In this document: in pieces, positions 40,958 through 52,700 of the stretch
Layout: every line of letters begins with the position of its first letter
Numbering within the stretch: position 1 is the stretch's first letter
Source: Verrucomicrobiota bacterium
GTDB taxonomy: Bacteria; Verrucomicrobiota; Verrucomicrobiia; Opitutales; Seribacteraceae
DNA: 64,000 bases
NCBI GenBank assembly: GCA_027622665.1
Contig: JAQBYT010000003.1
Span: 64,001 to 128,000, forward strand
Reading direction: 5' to 3'
Translations under genes and position numbers: made by a program
The notes under the pieces: generated by a model
What the model was told of the DNA's origin: nothing
The model's input: only the letters and a program-made list of their open reading frames with translations
Database searches by the model: none

Positions 40958-41562
40958 GTCTTTTCTCACCAAAACCCAAGAGCGGTTACCTCGTCTTAGG
41001 TGATTTCGTTGCCCAATTCCGCGATTACAAAATCTCCTCCATCCATATGGACGACGCTCTGCCAATCATGAATTGGCGAAACGAACAAATCTCCGCCCTA
41101 CGGCAAAATCAACCACTCGTGGAAGGGGAACAGCTTCGCTACTTTCGAAACGTCGTTTCCCCGGGTTTCGGGAAGCAAAAACCTGAGCAAATCCTGCTTC
41201 GCTTCACGCATCGAGATACCCTTATCGGCTACGGGGGTCTTGTTCACATCGATTGGCCCGGTCGCATCGGAGAAGTGTCTTTTCTGCTCGAAACCGAACG
41301 AACAAAGGACATGCACAACTACGGGATGGAATGCAGTATCTTTCTTCAACTCCTAAAAAAATGCGCGTTCGAGAACCTCGATTTCAATAAGATCTTCACC
41401 GAGTCCTACTCACATCGACCTTGGCACGTCATGAGTATAGAAGCTGCCGGTTTCCGAAGAGAAAAGGTTCTTCCCGATCAAACCACGGTAGATGGCAAAT
41501 CAGTGGACGCCGTAGTCGCCTCATGTCTGAAGGAAGAATACTTAAAGAGTATCCCCGACTGA
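40954..41562 (+). CDS. GNAT N-acetyltransferase (PseH-like)
   Basis: Motifs IMNWRN, IGYGGLVHIDW, AFENLDFNKI and GFRRE; ATGA-coupled to pseC. Confidence 0.75.
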   Translation: MSLFSPKPKSGYLVLGDFVAQFRDYKISSIHMDDALPIMNWRNEQISALRQNQPLVEGEQLRYFRNVVSPGFGKQKPEQILLRFTHRDTLIGYGGLVHIDWPGRIGEVSFLLETERTKDMHNYGMECSIFLQLLKKCAFENLDFNKIFTESYSHRPWHVMSIEAAGFRREKVLPDQTTVDGKSVDAVVASCLKEEYLKSIPD

Positions 41563-41570
41563 TCTTAACA

Positions 41571-42527
41571 GTGCCCCACCCTATTCTGCTCCTCACTAGT
41601 TTATCGGCAAAAAAGTCGCTCTACGACTATGTGCTGAAAGACGCTCATCGCTTTCATCCAGATACACGGCTAATCGGTGCCGATTCCAATCCTGCATGCT
41701 CGGGAGCCCAATACGCGAAGGAATTCATTCCGATGCCCCCTCTATCGGAGCTAGACCCGAGGGGTTTATGTGATTTTTGCATAAAACACCGCATCTCTCA
41801 CATCATTCCCACAAGGGACGGAGAACTCGCCTTTCTCGCGGAAACCGGCAAAATCCTTGGGCAAGAAAACATTCATGTTTTCGTTGCACCTCCCGAAGCA
41901 CTCTCAAAATGTCTGGACAAGCTGGTCTTTTCTGAACGATTGGCAGCGCTCGGAATGCCGGTGATTCCGGCATCCTCAACGATTGCCGAGCTACCCGACG
42001 ATCACTTAGTCGTAAAAGAAAGGCATGGTTCCGGCTCCGAACAAATAGGCATAGACCTTACCCGAGAAGCAGCCGAAATTCATGCCGGAAAACTTAAAAA
42101 CCCCATATTCCAGCCCTATGTAGGAGGGCGTGAATTCAGTGCTGAAGTCTGGTTGGACAAAACAAGTCGTGCTCACGGAGTGGTGTTACGCTGGAGAAAG
42201 CGAGTGGTGAGCGGGGAGTCCCATCATACGATAACTTTTCGCAACGAGGAATGGGAGAATCTCGTCGTCGCTTGCGTTCAGATGTTGGGTCTCACCGGTC
42301 ACGCCCTCGCTCAAGTCATCGTGGACGAAAATGATTCTCCAAATATTGTGGAAATCAATCCGCGCCTAGGCGGAGCCTCTCCCCTTTCCCTAGCCTGTGG
42401 TCTCCACTCGATCGAATGGTTCCTTCGCGAAACCGCAGGTGAAGTGATGTCTCTTGGCTCAACATTCAAACCTGCTCCGGGGAAAAGCCTCTCCCGTGTA
42501 GGGGATCGAGTGACCATCGAGCTCTGA
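41571..42527 (+). CDS. ATP-grasp domain protein
   Basis: Motifs IIPTRDGEL, CLDK, VKERHGSGS, FQPYVGGREFS and EINPRLGG. Confidence 0.85.
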   Translation: MPHPILLLTSLSAKKSLYDYVLKDAHRFHPDTRLIGADSNPACSGAQYAKEFIPMPPLSELDPRGLCDFCIKHRISHIIPTRDGELAFLAETGKILGQENIHVFVAPPEALSKCLDKLVFSERLAALGMPVIPASSTIAELPDDHLVVKERHGSGSEQIGIDLTREAAEIHAGKLKNPIFQPYVGGREFSAEVWLDKTSRAHGVVLRWRKRVVSGESHHTITFRNEEWENLVVACVQMLGLTGHALAQVIVDENDSPNIVEINPRLGGASPLSLACGLHSIEWFLRETAGEVMSLGSTFKPAPGKSLSRVGDRVTIEL

Positions 42528-42602
42528 TTTATCGGTTCAGGAAATTTCTCATAAACCGTTTCCTCTCGACTCCAAACGAGACCGAATTAGTGTAATTTCT
42601 CC

Positions 42603-43397
42603 ATGTCGGCCATAGTTGTAGCAGTTGGAAATCAAAAAGGTGGCGTGGGGAAAACGACCACCACCGTAAATCTTGGGCATGCTTTTGCCGCATCAGGCGT
42701 ACCTACCCTGATTGTGGATCTTGACCCCCAGGCCAATGCCACCAGTGCCTTGGGCTTTGAAAAAAAACCGGGCGCGGGCATCTATGGCCCCATTACGGGA
42801 AACGGTTCCGCCAGCGAGCAGGTGCAGGCCACGCGTTCAGAAAACTTATGGATTCTACCATCCGAACTGGATCTTGCCGCGGCTGAGCTCGAACTAGGTG
42901 GTCAACCCGACTACCTTCTGAAGCTAAGAGAATGCCTATCAGCCCTGAAGGAAGACTATGGCCTGAGCTTGATACTCGTGGATTGCCCCCCGACCTTGGG
43001 ATTGCTCTCGATGAATGCTCTTTGCGCCGCCGATTATCTGCTCGTTACTCTACAGTGCGAATACTTGGCGCTGGAGGGACTTGGACAGATCCTCGGCGTA
43101 GTGGATCAGTTGAGGGAATCAGGTGCGAACAAAGACCTCAAGGTAGGAGGCATCGCAATGACGATGTTCGACAACCGCACACGCCTTTCCTACGATGTAT
43201 GGGAAGAGGTGGGGACGCACTATCCTCAACTCATGTTCAGCACGGCGATTCCTCGCTCCGTCCGCCTCAGCGAGGCTCCCAGTCATGGACAGACCATTTT
43301 TGAATACGATCCCGCGGGGCCGGGAGCGCGAGCGTACCGCAACCTCGCCGACGAGGTTTTGTCCCGTTTTTTCCCTCAGTCTCCGGAAAGCTCGTGA
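42603..43397 (+). CDS. ParA/Soj family ATPase
   Basis: Motifs NQKGGVGKTTT, DLDPQANA, DCPP, QCEYLALEG and IPRSVRLSEAPSHG. Confidence 0.95.
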   Translation: MSAIVVAVGNQKGGVGKTTTTVNLGHAFAASGVPTLIVDLDPQANATSALGFEKKPGAGIYGPITGNGSASEQVQATRSENLWILPSELDLAAAELELGGQPDYLLKLRECLSALKEDYGLSLILVDCPPTLGLLSMNALCAADYLLVTLQCEYLALEGLGQILGVVDQLRESGANKDLKVGGIAMTMFDNRTRLSYDVWEEVGTHYPQLMFSTAIPRSVRLSEAPSHGQTIFEYDPAGPGARAYRNLADEVLSRFFPQSPESS

Positions 43398-44218
43398 ACT
43401 GGATTCGCAGGCTCACGGGCAGAATCCGTTACGACGGAACGGAAACGGACGATCCTCCATCCGCAGAGGAGGAAAGTGCCCTGCAAGCGTTGGAGAAACG
43501 GCTCGGTTATCGTTTCCGCAACCTATCGCTCTTACGACGGGCGACCACCCATCCATCCCTTGCCGAAGATCGCCGTGGTTGCGAAGACAACCAAAGACTG
43601 GAATTCCTTGGGGACTCCATACTGGGAGCCATTCTCGCGGAAAAGCTTTTTCGGATTTTCCCAGAAGAAAACGAAGGCATCTTGACCAAAGGACGCTCGG
43701 TACTGGCCCGCGGCGACTACCTAAGCAAGCTCGCGCGCGGTCTGGGCATTCATGACACCATGAGGATGAGCCGGGCGGAGATTCGAGACGGAGGCAATGA
43801 ACGAGACTCCACCTTGGAAGACGCCATCGAAGCAATAGTAGGAGGCATTTATCTGGACTCCGGCATGCAAGCCACTCGCAAGACGGTGCTTTCATGGTAT
43901 GGAGACATGGAGGAAACCTTGTCAGACGCCATGGAGGATTATAATCCCAAAGGACGTCTGCAGGAAATCGCTCAAGCTCTACACGGACCAGACCAAATCC
44001 GCTACTTGATTGATCGCGAAGAAGGCCCTTCCCATAGAAAAAGATACTCCGTTTCAGTCGAGGTTGCTGAACGCAAACTAGGCTCGGGATCGGGTCGAAG
44101 CAAGAAAGAGGCTGAAGAAGAAGCGGCTCGAAAGGCTTTGCAATCCATTAGTCGAAAGCAAAAAAAAACGAAAAAGCGCACAACTGGTCATAGGCAAAAG
44201 AACGAAAGCAAGAACTGA
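43394..44218 (+). CDS. rnc: Ribonuclease III
   Basis: Motifs NQRLEFLGDSIL and EDAIEAIVGGIYLD, plus a dsRBD (NPKGRLQE, GRSKKEAE). Confidence 0.96.
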   Translation: MNWIRRLTGRIRYDGTETDDPPSAEEESALQALEKRLGYRFRNLSLLRRATTHPSLAEDRRGCEDNQRLEFLGDSILGAILAEKLFRIFPEENEGILTKGRSVLARGDYLSKLARGLGIHDTMRMSRAEIRDGGNERDSTLEDAIEAIVGGIYLDSGMQATRKTVLSWYGDMEETLSDAMEDYNPKGRLQEIAQALHGPDQIRYLIDREEGPSHRKRYSVSVEVAERKLGSGSGRSKKEAEEEAARKALQSISRKQKKTKKRTTGHRQKNESKN

Positions 44219-44383
44219 TGCATCGAAAAGCCGAAACACCTTACCAAGGATCCCTCGACATGCCGACGCTCGCATTGCCCCTTTCGAAGACAGAAGTGTT
44301 TGTCATCCCGCAATGGAAAGCATTCTCTCCAGTCCGAGGATTGATTAAGTTTATGCTCCACCGACGGCTAAACAGGTAAGGGA

Positions 44384-47300
44384 ATGAAAAGGGTGGTCAT
44401 TCCTTCGGGTCGTGACGCCATGTTTTTGCAAGGCGTACCCGAGGCGGCAACTGCAATCTTGGCAGCCGATTTCATCTACAAGGCAAAGCCAAAAGTCGTA
44501 ATCTTACTCACTGAGTCCATTCCCAAGGCTGAGGAGTGGGCTGAAGACGTCGCGGCATTCCTTGAGTCGGCCAAACCGGATTTCCGCATCCGCCTGCATC
44601 TATTCGACGAACCTCCTTCGACCGAACACCCGGACGCATTCGACAGGATTTGCGACAGACTCGCAGTGCTATCCGCCTTGGGTGAGCTTTCAAATAAAGA
44701 GAGAGCCTCCTCGGAGAACTCCCTCCTACTTCTCGCCGCAACTCCCGAATCGATCCTGGCCCCATGCCCGTCGGTGGAATCGCACGAAAAAAACGAGCTA
44801 ATCGTGAGGCAGGGAGAAAAACTTTCCTTCAAAAGTTTTGTCAAAGAATTGGCCGAGCGATTCGATTATTCCTCGGAAATTCTTTGCGAAGCTCCCGCTC
44901 AATTCGCCGTCCGTGGAGGGTTGATTGACGTATACCCCGTAAACGGAGAGTTTCCGGTCAGGATCGATTTCTTCGGGGACGAGATTGAAGACCTGAGAAG
45001 ATTTGACCCTAATACGCAGCGTACGATCGAAAGTGTGGATTCCGTAACTTTGGCCTCTGCGGGAAGTACCGAGGACAGAGAGGTCGAAGGAGCGTTTTTC
45101 GGACATCTCAAATGCCCCGTCACCTGGATATTGAGAGAACCCGAAGATCTACTGGTGCGATCCCCATTGATCTTTCACTATTCGGAGAAAAGAAAATCCG
45201 CTCCCAAATGCTTTTTCGACGCACTGGAAAGAAAGGCGGCGAAGAAAGACAAATTCCTAGGCATGGCCGAAATCGACTCTGGTCGAGGAATCTTCGACAA
45301 CGCTCCTTGCCATGAAGAGAAAGTGGAAACATTGGAAAACTTACGCCATGAAAACTCACTTGATGAGCTCGGTCTCGAACGTTTCGAAAGCGAACGATCC
45401 GGACGCAAAGCCTACCTGCAAGGTTTGCTTCTGCGGGCGAGAGAGGGATTCTCCGTACAAATAGCCGCCGGAGTCGACTCGGAAAAACGACGAATCATCG
45501 AAACAATTGAAGAAGAAGAGAAGTTGCGGGATCTTCAAGTAACCTTTCTCCAGATGGGACTAAGAGAAGGATTTGCTATAGTTCTGCCGCCAGGTGAAAA
45601 ATTTCTGGGAAGAAAAACCGGCACTCAAGAAAAAGGATTACTTGTTGCCACCGCCAGAGAAATACTAGGTCGAGAAAGAAGTCGACGACCCGGACGGTCG
45701 AAGCGCATGGTGGCGCAAAGACCACAGGTAGATCAGATTTTGGACTTTTCCGAACTGGTCGAAGGCGACTTCTTGGTCCACCTTCAGCACGGCGTATGTC
45801 AGTACAAATGCATCCAGAGGATAAAGGACGAAGGCCGTGAGGAGGAAGCCGTCACGGTTGAATTCGCTGATGGAATCCTGCTACACGTGCCCTTGCCCGA
45901 ATCGCATTTGCTTTCATGTTATGTAGGTCTGGTCAAAAGTCGTCCGAAACTGGCTAAACTCGGGGGCAAGTCATGGTTCAAGGTAAAGGAGGCGGCCGAG
46001 CAAGCCGCTCTCGACATGGCCGCCGACTTACTTCGTATGCAAGCCGCTCGCGAGGCAGCGGAAGGACACGCATTTCAGCCGGACGATGAATGGCAAAAAG
46101 AGTTCGAGGACGCATTCTCGTTTACGGAAACTCCCGACCAATTGTCGGCCATCGAGGCCGTCAAAAAGGATATGGAAAGTCGTGCCCCGATGGACCGGTT
46201 GCTGTGCGGAGACGTTGGTTATGGGAAGACCGAAGTCGCATTGCGAGCAGTATTCAAGGCAGTCATGGATGGTCGTCAGGTAGCCGTGCTCGTCCCTACT
46301 ACCGTCCTATGCCAGCAACATTTAAACGTATTCAGAGAACGGGTCGCAGACTTTCCCGTGACGGTGGAAACCCTGAGCCGGTTACGTAGCCCAAAGGAGC
46401 AGAAACGCATACTCGCGGGAGTGGCGAGCGGAGGAATCGACATTCTGGTGGGCACTCATCGAATCCTAAGCGCGGACGTCAAGTTTCGTGACTTGGGTCT
46501 GCTCATCGTAGATGAAGAGCAACGATTCGGAGTGCGGCACAAGGAAAGCATCAAGAAGATGAAAACTTCCGTCGACGTACTGACCTTAAGCGCAACTCCG
46601 ATACCCCGAACGCTCTATTTCGCAATGGTAGGCGCAAGGGCGCTGAGCTCGATCGAAACAGCCCCAGTGAACAGGCGACCCATTCGGACCGAAGTCATGC
46701 GGCACACGCCGGAAGTCGTCAAGAAAGCAGTGGATGCCGAAATGCGGCGCGGCGGACAAGTTTTTTATCTCCATAACAAAGTCAAAACCATACAAGCCGT
46801 GGCTCGCCGGCTTAATGAAAGGTTTCCAAAGATCCGGATCGCAGTGGGGCACGGCCAAATGGGAGAAAACGAACTGGAAGACGTAATGACTAAATTCGTC
46901 GCTCATCAGTACGACATGCTTGTCTGCACAACGATAATCGAGGCAGGCATAGACATTCCCAATTGCAACACGATCATCATCGAAGGCGCCGACCGATTCG
47001 GGCTCTCGCAACTTTATCAACTTCGCGGTCGCGTAGGAAGATTCGACAAGCAAGCCTATGCCTACCTTCTACTGAACAGTCACAAGCCAGTCTCGGACAA
47101 GGCTCGAAAGCGACTTTCAGCCATCCGGCAAATCACGCGATTGGGGGCAGGGTTCCGAATCGCCTTGAGAGATCTGGAGCTAAGAGGTGCGGGAAATCTT
47201 CTTGGAGGCGAGCAGAGCGGGCATGTGGCAGGCGTGGGATTCGACCTATATTGTCGTTTGCTCAAACAAAGCGTGGCTCGTCTAAAGGGAGACGAGAAAG

Positions 47301-47797
47301 CCATTCGTTCAAGGGCGACCGTGCGTTTAGGCTTCACCACAAGCGGGGTTCTCTCCGAAACTGATTCACCAGAACCTGAACCCCCGGAAGAGGTCTCGGA
47401 TGTCATCGGGACCTATCTGCCCGAACACTTTGCTGCAGAAACCCGACTTCGCATCGATTTCTACCGCAAACTGGCCAATGCCATAGACGCCAAGGAAGTG
47501 GAGGAGATTAGAGAGGAATTGGCTGATCGTTTTGGAGAATTACCAAGGGAAGCCAAGGCTCTTTTGCTCGAAACGGAAATTCGTTGTTTGGCCGAAGAGG
47601 CCGGATTCGATCGACTCGAAACCGAGGGAAGTTCCCTGCAATGCCGCTTTGCCAAAGGGAAAAAGCCTAACAAGGACAATAAGTTTCTAAAGGTGGCGGG
47701 GCGCTTCCCAAAACTTTCGGAAAAAGAACCTTTTTTGAAGTTGAAGGAAATCGTTCGATTTCTCAAACTGCGAATCTATGCGAAAGAAGTTGAATAA
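44384..47797 (+). CDS. mfd: Transcription-repair coupling factor
   Basis: UvrB-homology region, CarD/RID domain, [35 protein letters not shown] and a TRCF C-domain. Confidence 0.97.
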   Translation: MKRVVIPSGRDAMFLQGVPEAATAILAADFIYKAKPKVVILLTESIPKAEEWAEDVAAFLESAKPDFRIRLHLFDEPPSTEHPDAFDRICDRLAVLSALGELSNKERASSENSLLLLAATPESILAPCPSVESHEKNELIVRQGEKLSFKSFVKELAERFDYSSEILCEAPAQFAVRGGLIDVYPVNGEFPVRIDFFGDEIEDLRRFDPNTQRTIESVDSVTLASAGSTEDREVEGAFFGHLKCPVTWILREPEDLLVRSPLIFHYSEKRKSAPKCFFDALERKAAKKDKFLGMAEIDSGRGIFDNAPCHEEKVETLENLRHENSLDELGLERFESERSGRKAYLQGLLLRAREGFSVQIAAGVDSEKRRIIETIEEEEKLRDLQVTFLQMGLREGFAIVLPPGEKFLGRKTGTQEKGLLVATAREILGRERSRRPGRSKRMVAQRPQVDQILDFSELVEGDFLVHLQHGVCQYKCIQRIKDEGREEEAVTVEFADGILLHVPLPESHLLSCYVGLVKSRPKLAKLGGKSWFKVKEAAEQAALDMAADLLRMQAAREAAEGHAFQPDDEWQKEFEDAFSFTETPDQLSAIEAVKKDMESRAPMDRLLCGDVGYGKTEVALRAVFKAVMDGRQVAVLVPTTVLCQQHLNVFRERVADFPVTVETLSRLRSPKEQKRILAGVASGGIDILVGTHRILSADVKFRDLGLLIVDEEQRFGVRHKESIKKMKTSVDVLTLSATPIPRTLYFAMVGARALSSIETAPVNRRPIRTEVMRHTPEVVKKAVDAEMRRGGQVFYLHNKVKTIQAVARRLNERFPKIRIAVGHGQMGENELEDVMTKFVAHQYDMLVCTTIIEAGIDIPNCNTIIIEGADRFGLSQLYQLRGRVGRFDKQAYAYLLLNSHKPVSDKARKRLSAIRQITRLGAGFRIALRDLELRGAGNLLGGEQSGHVAGVGFDLYCRLLKQSVARLKGDEKAIRSRATVRLGFTTSGVLSETDSPEPEPPEEVSDVIGTYLPEHFAAETRLRIDFYRKLANAIDAKEVEEIREELADRFGELPREAKALLLETEIRCLAEEAGFDRLETEGSSLQCRFAKGKKPNKDNKFLKVAGRFPKLSEKEPFLKLKEIVRFLKLRIYAKEVE

Positions 47798-48797
47798 AGT
47801 AATCACTTTCAATCACGCGGCGTTATTGCTGCTTACAGCAATCCCCTTGGTTTCACTGAAAGCCGATCTGGTGGAGATCAACAGGGTGATGGCAAAAGTG
47901 GAGGATCGCATCGTAACCAGGGGCGAAGTGGACAAGGCCATGGACATGCTCAACTTCACGAAGGCCGAAAAAGACTCTAGAGCCAAGGAGTTCGTGGACG
48001 GTAAGATTGATCGCCTGCTCGCCATTCGCGCTTTCTATGAAAAAGGTATGATAATACCCGACTCCTATCTGGAGAACGAGTACAACAAACACCTCATTCG
48101 AGAATTCAACGGCGACCGAAAACTATTTCGAGACATACTGCTGAGCCGTAATCAGTCGCAACTGGAATTCCGGAAAGACCTGGAAGAGGAACTCATACAC
48201 GGTCATATGCTGAGTGCCCGACGTCGATCTAGAGAGGAAGTTCGCCCTGACAAGGTAGAGCAATACTACCGTGAAAACCGTGTTCAATTTTTAACCGATG
48301 CAAAGATTCGCCTCCGGGAAATCGTTTTTTCACAAATCGCCGGTGAACCGGAAGCCGTCCTTCTCCAGCAAGCCCAACAAGTAATCGACCAGATAAAGGT
48401 TGGTGTAACTTTTGAAGAACTCGCTAAAAAGCATGGGCAAAGCCCTTACAAAGCAAAAGGCGGTGATTGGGAAGTAATGGTCGCCAAGCGAGAAATTCGC
48501 AACGATGCCATTCGAGAACAAGCCTTCTCCGTAGACGAAAACCAAGTGACTAAACCTTTCAGCGTCGAGTTGCTGGAAAGAAAAGCTGATGGTACCGTGG
48601 GGAAATCCGGTAAAAAAGCCGTCTACATCATCAAGGTGGACAAAAAAATCGCCGCTGGGGTAAAACCACTAGACGAAGTCCGGCAACAAATTGAAAAGAC
48701 GCTTGCCAACCAACTCGAGTCCCAGAGCCAACGCCAATGGCTCAGTCGCCTAAAGCGGGATGCCTACTTGAAGTACTATTTTAACGACGAAAGCTAG
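47778..48797 (+). CDS. SurA-like parvulin peptidyl-prolyl isomerase
   Basis: NRVMAKVEDRIVT N-domain and FEELAKKHGQ...KGGDW; located after mfd. Confidence 0.85.
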   Translation: MRKKLNKVITFNHAALLLLTAIPLVSLKADLVEINRVMAKVEDRIVTRGEVDKAMDMLNFTKAEKDSRAKEFVDGKIDRLLAIRAFYEKGMIIPDSYLENEYNKHLIREFNGDRKLFRDILLSRNQSQLEFRKDLEEELIHGHMLSARRRSREEVRPDKVEQYYRENRVQFLTDAKIRLREIVFSQIAGEPEAVLLQQAQQVIDQIKVGVTFEELAKKHGQSPYKAKGGDWEVMVAKREIRNDAIREQAFSVDENQVTKPFSVELLERKADGTVGKSGKKAVYIIKVDKKIAAGVKPLDEVRQQIEKTLANQLESQSQRQWLSRLKRDAYLKYYFNDES

Positions 48798-48913
48798 TCG
48801 CCGGGTGCAAATCCGTAGAGAAGGAGCCATTATTTAGAGGCAGTCACCGCTAGTTAGTAATTTCGCACATGCCTGATTCGCCCACATCACCTCCATAAAC
48901 CCGCTCGCACCCC

Positions 48914-49681
48914 ATGAGCAATTCCAGTAACAAAACGGAAAGTCATGCCAAGGAAGCCAAAGGCCCTAAACATTCGTCCCCACCCCTTCGTCTAAGAGAT
49001 CTACCTCCTCACGAACGCCCACAAGAACGACTCGAAAACCTAGGAGCGAGCGCCCTGTCGGATCGTGAACTCGTGGCCATGCTCGTGCGTTCGGGCAATG
49101 CCCGCATGGATGTTCTCGCAATTGCAGACGCGCTGCTCGCTCGAGCAGGTTCTCTAGCCGGACTTCTACGCTGGGACGTCGAGGATTTCCGTCAGGTTCC
49201 GGGGATTGGCCCCGTGAAGGCACTGCAACTATCAACATACACCGAAGTCGCCAAACGGATGTCGAGGTCGAATCGATCCTCCTGCCCAAAGCTAAGCGAA
49301 CCTCTCGCCGTATTCACTCACCTCTATCCAGAGGTTAGATCGGACAACGTAGAAAAAGTCTGGGTGCTATGCCTGGACCGCAAGAACAAATTGATCCGAA
49401 TGGAGTCGGTAACCTCCGGAACCGCAACAGGAAGTCTCGTTCATCCTCGGGAGATATTTCGTCCCGCCATCCGGCACGGGGCCACTGCCGTAATCGTAGC
49501 TCACAATCATCCCAGTGGCGACCCAACCCCGAGTAAAGCGGATTTAACCATCACCCGAAAACTTCGAGAATCTGCAGAGCATCTTGACATCGAGTTGCAC
49601 GATCACATCATTATTGGCGAACCGGAAGACGACCCTAGAGGCCTCGGTTTCTATAGCTTTGCCGAAGCGGGCGTACTTTGA
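48914..49681 (+). CDS. radC: RadC family JAB-domain protein
   Basis: Motifs ERPQERL, LSDRELVA, GIGPVKA, VHPREIF, HNHPSGDPTPS and DHIII. Confidence 0.95.
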   Translation: MSNSSNKTESHAKEAKGPKHSSPPLRLRDLPPHERPQERLENLGASALSDRELVAMLVRSGNARMDVLAIADALLARAGSLAGLLRWDVEDFRQVPGIGPVKALQLSTYTEVAKRMSRSNRSSCPKLSEPLAVFTHLYPEVRSDNVEKVWVLCLDRKNKLIRMESVTSGTATGSLVHPREIFRPAIRHGATAVIVAHNHPSGDPTPSKADLTITRKLRESAEHLDIELHDHIIIGEPEDDPRGLGFYSFAEAGVL

Positions 49682-49767
49682 ATGGGAACTCGAGCTAGCA
49701 ATAAATTCGAGTAAAACCGACAGACTTATTCTTTGACCTCACGCACCATACTTCCATTGATAACCTA

Positions 49768-52700
49768 ATGAGAAAACTCCTAATCACCCTCGCCCTCAGC
49801 TTAACGGCAGGCTCAATCAATGCAGACGAAACCATTGTTTTCAAAAAGGGGGATCGCGTAGTCTTCGTCGGGCCCACTTTCGTGGAACGAACGGCTCGAT
49901 TCGGACATCTGGAAACCGCCCTAACTTTGGCAATGCCGGAAAAAGAGCTGATTTTTCGGAACCTCGGCTGGTCGGCAGACACGGTCAAGGGAGAATCCAG
50001 AGGTTACGAAAAGCCCCAGTCCGGCTACGCCAATCTACTTAGGAGCATTCGCGAGTCCAAGCCCACCCTGCTCTTCTTAGCTTATGGTCCGGCCGAATCG
50101 TGGGAGGTAACCCCGGAAACCTTCGCCGCCAACTACCAAAAACTGCTCAACGATCTAAAAGACCTAGGTGCTCGAAAAGTTCTCGTCTCTCCCTTTCTGC
50201 AGGAGAACTGGGGGCCACCTATGCCCAATCCCACCGCACACAATGAAGACCTACGCAAACATACGGAAATCATTGCAAAACTAGCGGCAAAAAACGCATT
50301 GGCTCACATCTCGCTCATCGACCTGATAAAGCCCGAAGTCGAGAAAGGGAAGCGCCTCACGATGAACTCCCTTCACCTTGACGACACCGGTTATCGGGCA
50401 CTCGCCAAGACGTTTCTCGCCAAGCTTGGACTCGTCACCCCTGACCTAAATACCGCCAAGGCCATTCGTCTTCGAGATTTAATCCGTGAAAAGAATGCCC
50501 TTCACTTTCACAGTTGGCGTCCACAAAACCAGACCTACATTCTCAGCTTTCGCAAGCACGAACAAGGTCGTCACGCCAAGGACCTTCCAAAGTTCGCTCC
50601 TCACATTGCCGAGAAAGAGCAAGTAATTCGCAAACTGCTTCTGACTCCGGAAGAACAAGTCAATCTTCCGGCCAAGCCAAAACCTCCCTCATGGGAGTCG
50701 ATAAAACCTTCAAAGGAAGCCCAGTTGGATATGCAGACACTACAAGTGCCCGACGACCTAGAACTGAATGTATTCGCCTCCGAACCCGCCATAAAAAACC
50801 CAGTTCAATCCGCATGGGATGAACGGGGTCGCCTATGGGTCGCCACCGCCGAAAGCTATCCGCACATCGCACCCGGCTTCGTAATCAATGACAAGATCAT
50901 CATCCTCGAAGACGTGGATCGCGATGGCGTGGCAGACCGCCGACAGGTCTTCGCCGACGGTCTCCTCATGCCCACCGCCATACTGCCGGGCCACGGCGGA
51001 GTCTACGTAGGAACCTCCACCGAAATCCTGCACCTACGTGATACCGATGGAGATGGGCGAGCAGATGAAAAGACCATCCTCATCTCAGGACTGGGTACCG
51101 AAGACACCCACCACGTTGTTCACAGTCTCCGTCACACCGAGGACGGGAAGGTGGGTTTCAATCAATCCATCTACATCAACACTCATATTGAAACTCCATG
51201 GGGGGTTCGTCGCCTACTGAAAAGCGGGGTTTGGGCTTTCGACCCCAATACGCACGACATGGAGGTTTTCGCCTATGGCCTCGTAAATCCATGGGGACAT
51301 GAAACGGACGAATTCGGCCAATCGTTCCTTACGGATGGGGCCGGCGGGGCGGGCATCCACTACGCCTTCCCGGGCGCAGCCTACGTCACCTCCGCATATC
51401 ATAGTCGAGCCGAAGTTCTGCCTGGGCTCAATCCCGGCCAACCCAAGCAATGCGGTCTGACCATCATCAACTCCGGCATCTTTCCTGAAAAATACCGAGG
51501 ACTTCTCGTCACCAACGACTTTCGCGGACACCGCACCATCAGTTTTCGCCTGAGCGAAAACGGATCGGGCTTCTTTTCGACCCAAAAGGAAGACCTCATT
51601 CACGTCGCCTCAAAAGGAACTGATCGACATGGATCCGCGGGGATGTATCGCCCCATTGACATAGATGAGGGTCCCGACGGCGCGCTCTATGTCAACGACT
51701 GGAGCAACCACATAATCCAGCACGGCGAAGTGGACTTCCACGACAAACGCCGTGACCATGAACACGGCCGCATCTGGCGTCTGCTACCAAAGGACGCCTC
51801 CCGCCCACACCATGCCGACCTCCCCAAAAAGAAGCCTGCGGATTGGTTGAATGCCTTGGCCTCTCCGGAGCTCTATGTTCGGAGAGTTGCCCGCCGACTC
51901 CTCGTAGAAAAAGCAGGGCCCTCGATTCTGCCAAATTTACTCGAAAAAGCACGAGGCACCGATAAAGACGAAACACTGCTCGAATACCTTTGGACTGCCC
52001 GAAGCCTAAGGGCCAAGATTCCCCACGACCTGTTCAAAAGGCTAGCCGAAAGCGAGAATTTCCGTATCCGAGCTGCAGCCATTCGTCTCGGCTACGACAA
52101 ACCCGACGCCATCGACGATCCTCATCCCCGCGTTAGACTCGAAGCCATTTGCGCACTCCGTAGCCAAGGCGACCTCAAGGCCATCGAGACTCTAATCCGA
52201 GCAACCGATCACGAAACCGATCGCAACATCGACTTCGCCCTACGGGAAGCACTTCGTCATCTCCGTCCCATCTGGGAAGGGAAGACCACTTTCGAAAACC
52301 ACCCCACCCGACTCGCCCGGGTCGTCGCTCTTACCAGAAGCCAAGCACCGCTCGACAGCCTGCTCGCCTCACTCAAAGCTATGCAGACAGGCGACTCCAA
52401 ACGCCTGTCCACCCTTCAGGCTCTCGCCACTGCAGGTCAACCCAAGCACCTCGATGCAGTGCTGAACGCCAGTCTCGAGGAGAATCTCAAAGCTACCGAT
52501 CGACTCATTCTCCTCAGAAGCCTTCTCGCGACCAAAAAAAACCGCAAGCTGATGCCCGGCAAAGACAGGGGGCGTCTGGCTAAACTTTTCGAGCACCCCG
52601 TGCTTGGTTCGGATGCTCTCAGACTCGCCGCATACTGGAACCTAGCTGGTGCCCAAGAAGTCGCGGTCAAACGCCTCGCAGGAGCTTCCGCCGAGGACCT

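Noticed and set aside
44238..44263. ACCTTACCAAGG...GACAT resembling a 16S rRNA segment
   Set aside because: The match is only about 12 nt with no flanking rRNA similarity, so it is probably chance.
48914..49681. radC as a marker of a mobile element
   Set aside because: It is the full-length chromosomal form with the N-terminal HhH region, located among housekeeping genes.
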